From assembly GCA_051418015.1 (NCBI GenBank), contig JBPRGF010000031.1, forward strand, positions 96,001 to 160,000: 64,000 bases of DNA, given 5' to 3'. This DNA comes from Candidatus Nitrospinota bacterium M3_3B_026. GTDB lineage: Bacteria; Nitrospinota_A; UBA7883; JBPRGF01. Both the position numbers and the translations under genes were made by a program. The notes under the pieces were generated by a model. That model saw only the letters and a list, made by a program, of their open reading frames with translations. It was not told where the DNA came from and did not search any database. Every line of letters starts with the position of its first letter. Position 1 is the stretch's first letter. This document shows positions 28,127 to 37,494 of the stretch, piece after piece.

Positions 28127-28930
28127 GTGAGGGACCTGCCGGTATACCTGAAGCTGATGGGCGCCGCCGTCCGCGCCAAGATGGAGTATAAGGCCAGTTT
28201 TCTGTTTCTGCTCTTCGCCCTGACCTTCTATTATCTCGGCCAGCTCGGCGTGATCCTGGTGGTGCTGACAAAGTTCAAGAACATAAACGGCTGGACGTTG
28301 AGCGAGATGGCGATGCTCTACGGCCTGCTGGTCTTCAGCCAGGGGCTGGCGACGCTCCTTTTCGCCCCGCTCAACAACTTCGAAACGCTCATCATCAACG
28401 GTGATTTCGACAGGCTCCTCGTCCGCCCCTTGAACCCGCTGCCGCAGATACTCGTCAACAGCTTCGAGATAAGCTCCATCGCCCATTTCGTGATCGGCTC
28501 CACAGCGCTCTACTACGGCTCCACGCGGGCGGGGGTGGAATGGACGCTGTACAAAGCCTCGTTCCTGCCCTTCGTCATAGCCGGGGCCGTGCTCATCCAC
28601 GGCGGGATCAGGCTCGCCGTCTCGGCAGTGGCCTTCTGGACCATACGCAACCGCGCCCTAGTCCACACCATCGTCTACAGCACGAAGGAGTTCATCCTCT
28701 ACCCAGTGTCCATCTACAACGTCTGGACTCAGGTTTTCCTGACGCTCGTCTTCCCCCTGGCCTTCGTAAACTTCTACCCCAGCCACTACTTTTTAGCCAG
28801 GGATTCGGCCGACCTTCTTTTCCACCCGGCCATACAGTACATGACGCCGGTGGCGGGTCTTGCCGTCTTTGGCCTGGCCTACGGGCTGTGGCGGATGGGG
28901 GTGAACCATTACCAGAGCGTGGGCGCCTGA
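28127..28930 (+). CDS. ABC-2 family permease (DUF990-like)
   Basis: GDFDRLLVRP, YPVSIY, FVNFYP, YQSVG end. Confidence 0.88.
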   Translation: MRDLPVYLKLMGAAVRAKMEYKASFLFLLFALTFYYLGQLGVILVVLTKFKNINGWTLSEMAMLYGLLVFSQGLATLLFAPLNNFETLIINGDFDRLLVRPLNPLPQILVNSFEISSIAHFVIGSTALYYGSTRAGVEWTLYKASFLPFVIAGAVLIHGGIRLAVSAVAFWTIRNRALVHTIVYSTKEFILYPVSIYNVWTQVFLTLVFPLAFVNFYPSHYFLARDSADLLFHPAIQYMTPVAGLAVFGLAYGLWRMGVNHYQSVGA

Positions 28931-28939
28931 CGCTCCCGG

Positions 28940-30172
28940 TCAGCCCGCGGTTTTTTTGAACCCCCTCTCAAAGCCCGGCAGCGCCCTTTCGCATGTATCC
29001 GTGGGGACGCAGAACGACAGCCGGAAATGGCCGGGAGCGCCGAACCCCGCGCCTGGGACGGCGAGGATGTTTTCAGTTTTAAGCGCGCTCACGAACTTGA
29101 CATCATCCTCGATAGGCGACTTCGGGAAAAGGTAAAACCCCCCGTCCGGCGCCACGAGGCCATATCCGGCCGACGTCAGCCCTTCCACGAGTATCTCGCG
29201 GTTTCTCTCGTAAACGCCCATGTCCGGCTCGATGTCCTGGAACCCCGCCACGAGCCGCTGGAACAGGGCGGGGGCGTTGACGAAGCCCAGGATCCTGTTG
29301 GCCAGCGTCATCGCGTCGAATATCCTCCCCGCGCCTTCGATCCGCGGATTGATGGCGATGTATCCTATCCGCTCTCCGGGAAGGTTTAAATCCTTCGAGT
29401 GGGACGTGGCGGCTATGGCCCTCTCGTAGACGCTGAAAACCTCGGGGACGCGGACATCGCCGTAGACAAGCTTCCTGTACGGCTCGTCCATAACCAGGTA
29501 GACGGGCCTGCCGTTTTTCGCCGACAGATCCTCAAGCAGCCCGCCAACCTCCTTCAGCGCGCGCTCCGGGTACACCGCGCCGGAGGGGTTGTTCGGCGAG
29601 TTGAGCAGGACTATCCTCGTCTTCGGCCCCATCGCGCGCTCAAGCTCGGCCATGTCGAGCTGGAACCTCTCGTCCGTCCGGACGATTTTAACGTTCAAAC
29701 CGTGGTTGTCGGCGTAGAAAAGGTACTCGGCGAAATAGGGCGCCGTAATCACCACCTCGTCGCCGGGGTCGGCAAGCGCCCTGAGTATCACGTTCAACGC
29801 CCCCCCCGCGCCGCAGGTCATGACGACGTTGTCCTTCCCGAACGGCAGGCCGGAGCGGCGCGACAGGCTCTCGGCGACCCTCTCCCTCACCCATGGGTAG
29901 CCCGCGTTCGGCATGTACCTGTGCAAGCCCGGCTCTGGGTCGGAAGCGAGGCGGGCGAGCTCCCTTAAAACATCCTCCGGCGGCTCCCCCGCCGGGTTGC
30001 CCAGGGTGAAGTCGAAAACGCTCTCCTCGCCGAGCTTCTCCTTGAGCCGCGCCCCCTCCTCGAACATCCTCCTTATCCAGGAGGAGCGCTCCATCAGCCC
30101 GCCGATCCTGCCGGAGATGAGCGTTTCCGGCGGGGCGGGGTTATTCCGCGTTTTTGCGCTTTTCGGTGTCAT
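28940..30172 (-). CDS. PLP-dependent class I/II (aspartate-type) aminotransferase
   Basis: SWIRRMFEEG, NSPNNPSG, DEPY, SHSKDLNLPGERIG; exact start uncertain. Confidence 0.92.
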   Translation of the reverse strand: MTPKSAKTRNNPAPPETLISGRIGGLMERSSWIRRMFEEGARLKEKLGEESVFDFTLGNPAGEPPEDVLRELARLASDPEPGLHRYMPNAGYPWVRERVAESLSRRSGLPFGKDNVVMTCGAGGALNVILRALADPGDEVVITAPYFAEYLFYADNHGLNVKIVRTDERFQLDMAELERAMGPKTRIVLLNSPNNPSGAVYPERALKEVGGLLEDLSAKNGRPVYLVMDEPYRKLVYGDVRVPEVFSVYERAIAATSHSKDLNLPGERIGYIAINPRIEGAGRIFDAMTLANRILGFVNAPALFQRLVAGFQDIEPDMGVYERNREILVEGLTSAGYGLVAPDGGFYLFPKSPIEDDVKFVSALKTENILAVPGAGFGAPGHFRLSFCVPTDTCERALPGFERGFKKTAG

Positions 30173-31361
30173 TAAAATGCGTCTCCAGCACGCCGCCGGT
30201 CAGGCGGCCGCGGATGACGGCGTTGTCCACGCCCCCGCGTTCGAGGATCCTCTCCCTCAGCCGCGCTATCCTTGACTTGACCTGGCCTATGGTCAGAGAG
30301 TCGTCCATGTCCACGTTGAAATCGACGCAGACCTTCCCGTTCAGATAGTGGAAGATCATCTCCGAGACGTCCTTTATCCCCCCCATCCTCGCCGCCTCGT
30401 CCCTTATATCCTTTTCCACGCGGCCCCTGTCGATCCTAACGATCCTGTAATTGATGTCCTCCTCGGCGTCGATATGGACGAGGGCGTCGGCGGCGCCAGC
30501 CTGCTTTTTCAGGTTGTGGCGCACCGTTTCAGCGATGTTGTGCGCCTCGGAGACGGAGATGTTGGGCTGCACCTGGATGTGAACATCCACGAAGATGTCC
30601 GCCCCCAGCCTGCGGGTGCGGAGCTCGTGGAAGCGGCGGACACCCTCCGTGCCGGAGATGACCTCGCGTATCTTCCTGAGCTTTTCCGGCGCGACGGACA
30701 CGTCCATCAGGTCCTGCAAGGCTTTCCAGGCTATCTCCCATCCCACCTTGGCGATCATGAAGACCACCACGATCGCCGCCAGGGGGTCGAGCAGCGGAAA
30801 CCCCATCATGGCCCCGCCTATCCCCGCCAGGGCCGCCACGGAGGAGAGGGAGTCCGTCCTGTGGTGCCAGGCGTTGGCGACCACGGCGTCGTTGTCATGC
30901 TTTCTCCCCACCTGCGAGGTGTAATGGTAAAGCCCCTCCTTGACGACTATGGAGACGACGGCCGCCGCGGCCGCGAGCCACGTCGGGGCCGGCAGCAGAC
31001 CGTGGATGAGATCGTCTATGACGTCCAGCAGGATGAAAAGACCGATGAGGATGAGCGCCGCCCCCACGGCGGCGGTTCCGATGGTCTCCGCCCGGCCGTG
31101 GCCGTAGGGGTGCTCCTCGTCGGCCTCCTGGGCGGCGATGCGGACGGATATGAAGACCACGGCGTCCGTCACCAGGTCCGAAAGCGAATGCGCCGCGTCG
31201 GCCACCATGGCGGCGGAATGGCCGAAAACCCCCGCCGCGAACTTGACCGCCGCCAGCAGCACGTTGGCGATGGCGCCGATCACGGTGACCCGCGCGGCCT
31301 CGTAGGCCCTCCTGCCGCTTTTGTGTATCTCGATGAGCGGAGTGTGGGTATGGTCGTTCAT
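30141..31361 (-). CDS. Cation diffusion facilitator with extended C-terminus
   Basis: ADAAHSLSD, HPYGHGRAE, NAWHHRTD; C-terminal domain VDVHI...EAH...VHID followed by a second similar domain. Confidence 0.93.
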   Translation of the reverse strand: MNDHTHTPLIEIHKSGRRAYEAARVTVIGAIANVLLAAVKFAAGVFGHSAAMVADAAHSLSDLVTDAVVFISVRIAAQEADEEHPYGHGRAETIGTAAVGAALILIGLFILLDVIDDLIHGLLPAPTWLAAAAAVVSIVVKEGLYHYTSQVGRKHDNDAVVANAWHHRTDSLSSVAALAGIGGAMMGFPLLDPLAAIVVVFMIAKVGWEIAWKALQDLMDVSVAPEKLRKIREVISGTEGVRRFHELRTRRLGADIFVDVHIQVQPNISVSEAHNIAETVRHNLKKQAGAADALVHIDAEEDINYRIVRIDRGRVEKDIRDEAARMGGIKDVSEMIFHYLNGKVCVDFNVDMDDSLTIGQVKSRIARLRERILERGGVDNAVIRGRLTGGVLETHFNDTEKRKNAE

Positions 31362-31413
31362 GCTCGTTTCAATAAAGCTTCCGCGCCGATTCTAACACAC
31401 GCCGCGAGGCGCT

Positions 31414-31776
31414 GGCCGAAGGGGGCCCAGGGTGACCCTGATTCCCGTGATAAGCTCTTTTAATTTCCCTCTCCCGGCGGGAGGATTCTTGAAGTCAAAG
31501 TCCGAAACCCAAACGCGCCAGCGACAGCCAACAATTTTCCCCTCCCCTGGAGGGAGGGGACACAGGGGAGGGGGAACAAAGAATTCTTTCACACCCCCAC
31601 CCAGCCCTCCCCCGTCCAGGGGGAGGATGGGAAAGCGATGTCATTCTTCGCTTCGCTCGGAATCCCGCTGTCTCACCCGCCACGAGATGCTTCACTTCGT
31701 TCAGCATGACATCACCATGCCCGGGGCGAGGCTCCTCGCTGAAGCCTGCCATGAAGCCGGGCCGAAGGGGGCCCAG
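31414..31776. repeat. Cluster of REP-like palindromes bracketed by a 17-bp direct repeat
   Basis: GGCCGAAGGGGGCCCAG at 31414 and 31760; TCCCCTCCC/GGGAGGGGA (31538-31560); CCTCCCCC/GGGGGAGG (31606-31626); TGTCAT...CTTCACTTCGTTCAGCATGACA (31639-31711). Confidence 0.7.
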
Positions 31777-31819
31777 AGGGACATCGCGGAAAGACAGCGC
31801 CATCCAGCGGTCTTTCCGA

Positions 31820-32113
31820 TCAGTCCTGCTCGACAGCGTCGATCTTGTCCCGGGCGCTCTGGTCCTTGTCTATCCGCGAGCTCATCCTGGTGGTCACGGT
31901 GACCCTCTGGGCCCCGGCGGCGTAGACGGCCTCCATGGCCGCCTTTATCGCCCTGGACACGTCGTCGTATTCGCCCTCGACGACGGTGGCGTTGGGGCAC
32001 AGCGTGGCGTTGAGGTCCGCGTCAACCAGCGCCTTGTGCGCGGCTTTCACGAACTTGCGCACGGACACCCCTGCGCCTATGGGAACAACGGAGACATCGG
32101 CTATCACTTTCAT
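31820..32113 (-). CDS. MTH1187/YkoF-family (thiamine-binding-like) protein
   Basis: ADVSVVPIGAG.SV, ATVVEGEYD, RV...RIDK, 97 aa. Confidence 0.85.
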   Translation of the reverse strand: MKVIADVSVVPIGAGVSVRKFVKAAHKALVDADLNATLCPNATVVEGEYDDVSRAIKAAMEAVYAAGAQRVTVTTRMSSRIDKDQSARDKIDAVEQD

Positions 32114-32152
32114 CTTTCTTTTCTCCCTGCGTCCGGAACGGCCGAACGGTTT

Positions 32153-32506
32153 TTACACGTCTATGACTTCCGGGCGGCGCGTCCTTGTCAGGTAGTAGAC
32201 GATCAAGGCTCCCTCGTAGTTCTCCCCCAGCAGGACGAACCGGGGATTTCTCTTGGTCCAGGCGTGTATGTCCGGGTAGGTGGCTATCCTGTCCGTCTCG
32301 ACTCTCAGGATATCCCCCGGCGCCATCTCCATCAGCGCCTCGTAGGAGATCAGAACCGCCATGTCCGACTCCCACCATTTGAGCCGGATGGTCAGGCTGG
32401 GCTTCATCCTGGGCGCGGGTGAGCGGTCGATGCTCCTGGCCACGTCCTCGAAGCTTCTTATCGGCCCTACCTCGATGGGCGGCGCGCGTTTTATCGACGG
32501 TTCCAT
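32153..32506 (-). CDS. TusA/SirA-like protein lacking the CPxP cysteine
   Basis: EALMEMAPGDILRVETD..ATYPDIHAW...YYLTR resembles the TusA C-terminal pattern; start taken at ATG 32506. Confidence 0.6.
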   Translation of the reverse strand: MEPSIKRAPPIEVGPIRSFEDVARSIDRSPAPRMKPSLTIRLKWWESDMAVLISYEALMEMAPGDILRVETDRIATYPDIHAWTKRNPRFVLLGENYEGALIVYYLTRTRRPEVIDV

Positions 32507-32589
32507 AACAGGACCATGGCTCAAAATCAGGGTTTTGAACTCACAGGGATATGTTACAACAATCCGGCGCTCCGTTCCATCGCGCGGCC

Positions 32590-34164
32590 CTATGGCGTCC
32601 CGCGCCTCGCCGCGGCGACGAACACGGCGGAGGCGGCTACGAGCATCCACGCGAAGAGGTCTCCCGTCCGGGTATAGATTGTGAGCGGGCCGGAACGCTG
32701 CGTAAAAGACCCCATCAGCGTCGTCTCCACGAAAAGCCCCGTCTCCGCCGTTATCTTCCCCGTCGGCTCGACTATCGCCGATATGCCGGACTGGGCCGCC
32801 CGCAAAACGGGTATCCTGTTCTCCACGGCCCTGAAAACCCCCATGGCCAGGCTCTGCCGGGAGGCGGCCGTCCGCCCGTACCAGGAGTCGTTGGTTATGT
32901 TGACCACCGCCGCGCCGCCGAGCCTCGCGATCTCCCTGGAATACTCAGGGAATATTATCTCGAAACATATCTGCGCCCCCACGGCGTAATCCCCAACGTG
33001 GAGAAGGCTCACCCGCTCGCCCGGCTCAAGCTCGCCTATCGCCGTGACCATCCTCTCCACGAAAAAGAGCGCTTTCTTGAAGGGGACATACTCGCCGAAG
33101 GGGACGAGGCGCACCTTGTCGTACTTTTCCGCCAGCCCGTCCGGGCGGACGATCCAGGCCCTGTTGTACGACTTGACATCCCCATCATCTCTTTTGAACG
33201 CCGGAGCCCCGAAGATGACCGGAACGCCGGCCGACCTTGCAAGGCCGAGCATCACGGAGTCCCGCGTCGAGTCCTGCCCGAAATAGAAAGGCGCCGCCGT
33301 CTCCGGCCATATGACAACCTCCGCCCCGGCCGCGGCGGCCTCCCGCGTCCGCGTCATATAGATATCCAGCTGCTCGTCCATGTAGGAAGGGTCCCATTTT
33401 CTGGCCTGGTCTATGTTCCCCTGGATCAGCGCCACGCGGACGGGCTCTCCCTCGCCAGAGACATGGGCCAGACGCCAATGGCCATAGGCTAAAACCGCCG
33501 CCGCAAGCGCCAGGGCAAGCCCCGCCTGCGCCGCAGGGAACCGCGCGGGCGCACCCGCTCTCTTTCGTATCAGCCAGTCCACAACCTGCGCCGCCGCCGC
33601 GTTCGAAAGGACGATGACAAACCCCAGCCCTTCTTCACCGGCGATGTCGGCCGCCTGTATGACCGGCAGTATCTCGTATTGCGAGTCCGCCAGCCTCACC
33701 CAGGGAAAGCCCAGGACGGGGACGTTGGAGCGGAAAAACTCCACCGCCACCCACAAAAAAGGCGCCGCCGAAAGCGCCGCGTCCGCCGACACGCCCCTCG
33801 ACACCATTCCGAAAAGATAGCCGAACAGGCCGATGTAGAGCGCCAGGGCGAAGGTCATCAGCCCCGTCACAACGGCCGCCGCAAGGATGGGCATCCCGGC
33901 GTATACGATCATCGTGTTGGAGACCCAGTAAAGGGTCAGCGTGAAGAAGGCGAACCCCGTCACGACGCCCAGCACCGCGCACGAGAGCCTGTCCTTTCCC
34001 CTCATGGCCGAGAAAAAGGGGACTAGCCCGAACCATGCGAGCGGCCACAGCCCGATGTCCGGAAAAGCCGCCGCAAGCGATATCCCGGAGAGCGCGGCCA
34101 GGCCCGCGTCCCGCCTGCTGACTCCGTTGGGGAGCCATCGGGAGGGCGCCCGAAAAAGTTTCAT
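32590..34164 (-). CDS. lnt: Apolipoprotein N-acyltransferase
   Basis: GFPW, QGNI, WPETA, YDKVRLVPFGEYVP, ICFE, TNDSWYG, RAVEN. Confidence 0.96.
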   Translation of the reverse strand: MKLFRAPSRWLPNGVSRRDAGLAALSGISLAAAFPDIGLWPLAWFGLVPFFSAMRGKDRLSCAVLGVVTGFAFFTLTLYWVSNTMIVYAGMPILAAAVVTGLMTFALALYIGLFGYLFGMVSRGVSADAALSAAPFLWVAVEFFRSNVPVLGFPWVRLADSQYEILPVIQAADIAGEEGLGFVIVLSNAAAAQVVDWLIRKRAGAPARFPAAQAGLALALAAAVLAYGHWRLAHVSGEGEPVRVALIQGNIDQARKWDPSYMDEQLDIYMTRTREAAAAGAEVVIWPETAAPFYFGQDSTRDSVMLGLARSAGVPVIFGAPAFKRDDGDVKSYNRAWIVRPDGLAEKYDKVRLVPFGEYVPFKKALFFVERMVTAIGELEPGERVSLLHVGDYAVGAQICFEIIFPEYSREIARLGGAAVVNITNDSWYGRTAASRQSLAMGVFRAVENRIPVLRAAQSGISAIVEPTGKITAETGLFVETTLMGSFTQRSGPLTIYTRTGDLFAWMLVAASAVFVAAARRGTP

Positions 34165-34265
34165 GTTTCCGTCACCCCGCGCCGCTGCGCGTCTGGTCAT
34201 CCGAATTGTTTGACGATACAATAGCGGAAAGCCCGCGAGTTTATTGTATAATTGTTTGTTTGGAT

Positions 34266-35249
34266 ATGTCTGAAACTTTAGGAAAACTCCTTTCGGCGCA
34301 GAGGCTCAAGCAGGGTCTCACTGTCGAAGAGGTCGCGGCGAAAACCCGCATAAACGCGAAATTTATCAGGTCGGCGGAGTCTGACCGGTTCGACCAGTTC
34401 CCCGGCGTGGTGTTCGTCAAGGGTTTCCTGCGCACGTACGCGGACATACTGGACCTCGACCCCGACGACGTTGTCGCAAGGTACGAGGCCCTGAACATAA
34501 GGGATCAGGACCGGTCTCCGAACCTGATATCGATGCCGTTGCATCACAAGCCGGCGCTGTCCGGCGGTTCTTTGCTTCTTATCGTTTTCCTCGTCTTCGC
34601 CGCGGGTGTCTGGGGTTTTTTCTACATGACCAGCGGCCAAGAGAACGCCATCATCCCGGCGGTCGACCAGGCTCTGGAAAACGGCGCCCCCACGGCGCCG
34701 GAGCCGCCTTCCGCCCCGGAAGGCCCCGAGCGGGAGACACAGCGGGAGGAAGCGCCGTCCGCGGAGACGGAGACTGCAACGGCCGCGCCTCGTGACGAGG
34801 CTGAGCAGGCCGCCCCCCAGTCCGCGCAGGAGACAACGGAGGAGACGGCGGAAAAACCGCGGCCCGAGCCCTCGCCCCCGGCGGAGGAGGAGGAAGAGGC
34901 CGCCCCGCAGGCGCCATCGCCCTCGCCTGAAGCCATCGAGGGGATCAGGGACAGCTCCCGCCCTTACGGACTTACCATCTCGGCGGAGTCCGACACCTGG
35001 ATAAAAACCATGATCGACGGCGAAGTGACCCGGGAGATCATCCTGCGCCAGGGGAGCACGGTGACGTGGTGGGCGGAGAAAGGCTTCGATTTGAGCATAG
35101 GAAACGTCGCCGGAACAAGGGTATACCTGAACAACGAGCCGGTAGAGCTCGGGAGCCCGAGGTCCAACGTAATCATGAACCTGGTTCTTCCCCGGCACGC
35201 CGCCGAGAGCCGCGAGGGAAGAAAAACCACCTCGACAGAAGAAAGATGA
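34266..35249 (+). CDS. rodZ: RodZ-like cell shape protein (HTH, TM, Pro/Glu linker, DUF4115)
   Basis: LGKLL..R..GLTVEEVAAKTRI, KGFLRTYA, single TM, IGNVAG...NNEPV. Confidence 0.88.
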   Translation: MSETLGKLLSAQRLKQGLTVEEVAAKTRINAKFIRSAESDRFDQFPGVVFVKGFLRTYADILDLDPDDVVARYEALNIRDQDRSPNLISMPLHHKPALSGGSLLLIVFLVFAAGVWGFFYMTSGQENAIIPAVDQALENGAPTAPEPPSAPEGPERETQREEAPSAETETATAAPRDEAEQAAPQSAQETTEETAEKPRPEPSPPAEEEEEAAPQAPSPSPEAIEGIRDSSRPYGLTISAESDTWIKTMIDGEVTREIILRQGSTVTWWAEKGFDLSIGNVAGTRVYLNNEPVELGSPRSNVIMNLVLPRHAAESREGRKTTSTEER

Positions 35250-36580
35250 ACGAAAACGCAAAAGAACATTCAACCCAAAGCGAAAAAAACGAAGCGTTGT
35301 CCAGAGCGGAGCAGAGACGCGCGAAGAGGGTGTCGAAAAGGAATACCACAAGGTCGCCCGGCCTGAGGCGCAAGCTCCCCGCCAAAAAGGAGGAGCAGGA
35401 GCCGGAGAAAAAGGAAAAGCCGGTAAAGGAGAAAACCGAAAGAGCCCCCGCCCGCGCGGCGAAGAAAAAGAAAACGGCGCGCGCCAAAAAGACGACGGCC
35501 ACCCGGAAGAAACCGGCGTCCAGGGCCAAGTCCGGGTCCCGGACGCAGGCCAGCAAGGGCGCTGAAGGGAAGGAGGAGTTCGAGCTGCGGTCGCTGCCCG
35601 ACGGAATACAGTACAGGGTCAAGGTGGGGGACAAGAAAAAAACCGCCCGCCGCTTCCCGATCCGCCGCCGCGGGCGGGATGACGCAGGCCCCGGCCCGGC
35701 CATCGTGGACGTTCTGCCGGAGACCGTCGTGGGGAGGCGTCCGCCGGGCAGGATAGACCTCGGCGACATCGTCCGGGAGACCAGGAGACCCGCCGCTTTC
35801 CTCAAGAGAAACCTGCCCGTTTCGCCCAAGGTGGCCGTCGTGCTGGGCTCGGGCCTTTCCGCGGCGGCGGACCTCGCGCCTGGGGATCCCCTGGAGTTTT
35901 CGGACATACCGGGGTTCAAGGTCCCCAGGGCGCCCGGCCACCCCGGCCTTGTCCGCGCGGGGCTCGTGGACGGCGTCTCCACCGTGTTCCTGGAGGGCAG
36001 GCTCCATTTTTACGAGACCGGCTCGATGAAGGACGTGGCGTTCCCCATATACTCCCTCCTGTCCATCGGCGTGGAGCACGTGATCCTCACCACCTCCGCC
36101 GGAGCCCTGAACCCCTCCTACAGAGCGGGGGATGTGATGTTCGTGGAGGACCACATAAACCTGATGGGGGGCAACCCGATGGTGGGGCTCGACCCCACGG
36201 CCAGGCCGCCCGTCTTCGTCAGCGGAGATTCCATATACGACAAGTTCACCATCGACATGTCCGAACGCCTGTTGCGCCGGGCGCGGGCGCGGGGGAGCGT
36301 GGGCGTCCTGGCGGGCGTCCGGGGCCCTGTGTACGAGACCCCGGCGGAGAGGAAGTGGCTGCGGTCGATGGGCGCCGACGCCGTCTGCATGTCCGTCATC
36401 CCCGAGGCCCTGGCCGCCGCCCGGGCGGGCGCCGCCGTAACGGCCCTGGCGGTCATAGCCAACGAGAGCGGCCCCGGGCGGGGAGAGGCGCTGACGCACG
36501 AGGACGTGACGAGGGCCGGGGAACGGGCCGCGGAAGGGCTGGCCCGGCTCCTGAGGAGCGTAATCACCGAGGAGAGATGA
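35246..36580 (+). CDS. Purine nucleoside phosphorylase (trimeric type) with about 170-aa Lys/Arg-rich N-terminal extension
   Basis: VLGSGL, GRLHFYE, DHINL, GPVYETPAE, GADAVCMS..PE; ATG overlaps the rodZ stop. Confidence 0.85.
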   Translation: MNENAKEHSTQSEKNEALSRAEQRRAKRVSKRNTTRSPGLRRKLPAKKEEQEPEKKEKPVKEKTERAPARAAKKKKTARAKKTTATRKKPASRAKSGSRTQASKGAEGKEEFELRSLPDGIQYRVKVGDKKKTARRFPIRRRGRDDAGPGPAIVDVLPETVVGRRPPGRIDLGDIVRETRRPAAFLKRNLPVSPKVAVVLGSGLSAAADLAPGDPLEFSDIPGFKVPRAPGHPGLVRAGLVDGVSTVFLEGRLHFYETGSMKDVAFPIYSLLSIGVEHVILTTSAGALNPSYRAGDVMFVEDHINLMGGNPMVGLDPTARPPVFVSGDSIYDKFTIDMSERLLRRARARGSVGVLAGVRGPVYETPAERKWLRSMGADAVCMSVIPEALAAARAGAAVTALAVIANESGPGRGEALTHEDVTRAGERAAEGLARLLRSVITEER

Positions 36581-36679
36581 CGGGCCTGAAATTCCGGGCC
36601 TGGCGGACGGGGGTTGTGATATTATTGTGAAATAATTCCTGTCGTGATATAAAAGTTTCATTTTCAACAGACTCTGAAC

Positions 36680-37420
36680 GTGGCGAAACTGACCATATCC
36701 TTCAAGGACAAGGTCCTCCAGGAGATCGAGATAAACAAATCGATCACCGTCGGCCGCGAGGTCGGCGACATCATGATTAAAAACCCCGCCGTCTCCGCCC
36801 GCCACATGAGGATAGAAAAGTCCGGCGCCCGCTATGTCGTCCGGGACCTCGGCAGCACCAACGGCACACTGGTTAACGACGTCCCCGTGACAGAGAAGGA
36901 GCTTCGCTCCGGAGACGTGATAACCGTGGGGCGTCACACCATAAAGTTCGACAATCCCGACGAGGCGGCCGAGCCGTCCGCCTTCGAGGAGGACATGGGC
37001 GGGCGGACGCTGGTGATGGACTCGGCCAAGCTCAAGGCCATGATGGAGGGGACCGAGGAAACCGGGGGCGAAGAAAAGCTGGAGGAGACGCAAAGGGAGG
37101 GCGCAACGCCATCCGCCGGGGACGACAAGCCGGCGAAGCTCTTTTTGTCCCAGCCGCCCGGCGCGCCCAGGGTCATCTCGCTGGACAGGGAGACGACCCT
37201 GATAGGATCATCGGACAAGAACGACGTGAGGATCAAGGGAATCACCATCGGCCGCGTCGCCGCGGAAATCAGGCGGAAAGACGGCGAGTACGAGATAGAG
37301 TTCAAGGGCGGCATGGCCCGGCTCAAGGTGGACGGCAAACCCGTGGAAAAACGGAAGCTTGTGAACGGCGACAAGTTCTCCATCAGCTCCTACAACTTCG
37401 AATTCCGCACAGAGCTTTGA
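36680..37420 (+). CDS. Double FHA-domain protein
   Basis: VGR..DI...VSARH..DLGSTNGT, then a second degenerate FHA domain. Confidence 0.9.
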   Translation: MAKLTISFKDKVLQEIEINKSITVGREVGDIMIKNPAVSARHMRIEKSGARYVVRDLGSTNGTLVNDVPVTEKELRSGDVITVGRHTIKFDNPDEAAEPSAFEEDMGGRTLVMDSAKLKAMMEGTEETGGEEKLEETQREGATPSAGDDKPAKLFLSQPPGAPRVISLDRETTLIGSSDKNDVRIKGITIGRVAAEIRRKDGEYEIEFKGGMARLKVDGKPVEKRKLVNGDKFSISSYNFEFRTEL

Positions 37421-37494
37421 CCCGCGCCGCCTCCCGCGCCAATATCCGCGTCCCGGCGGGCGCCGGCGGGCGCTGTCATCCGGCGTAAGAGCAA

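Noticed and set aside
30141..31361. Magnetosome MamB/MamM
   Set aside because: Generic CDF motifs and no other mam genes in the window
31414..31776. CRISPR array
   Set aside because: Only two 17-bp repeats 346 bp apart, no regular spacers and no cas genes
31432..31902. ORFs across the repeat cluster (31432-31902 +, 31495-31803 -, 31392-31592 -)
   Set aside because: The translations (PSPGGRG, PPPSRGR, HFVQHD) are read-throughs of palindromic repeats
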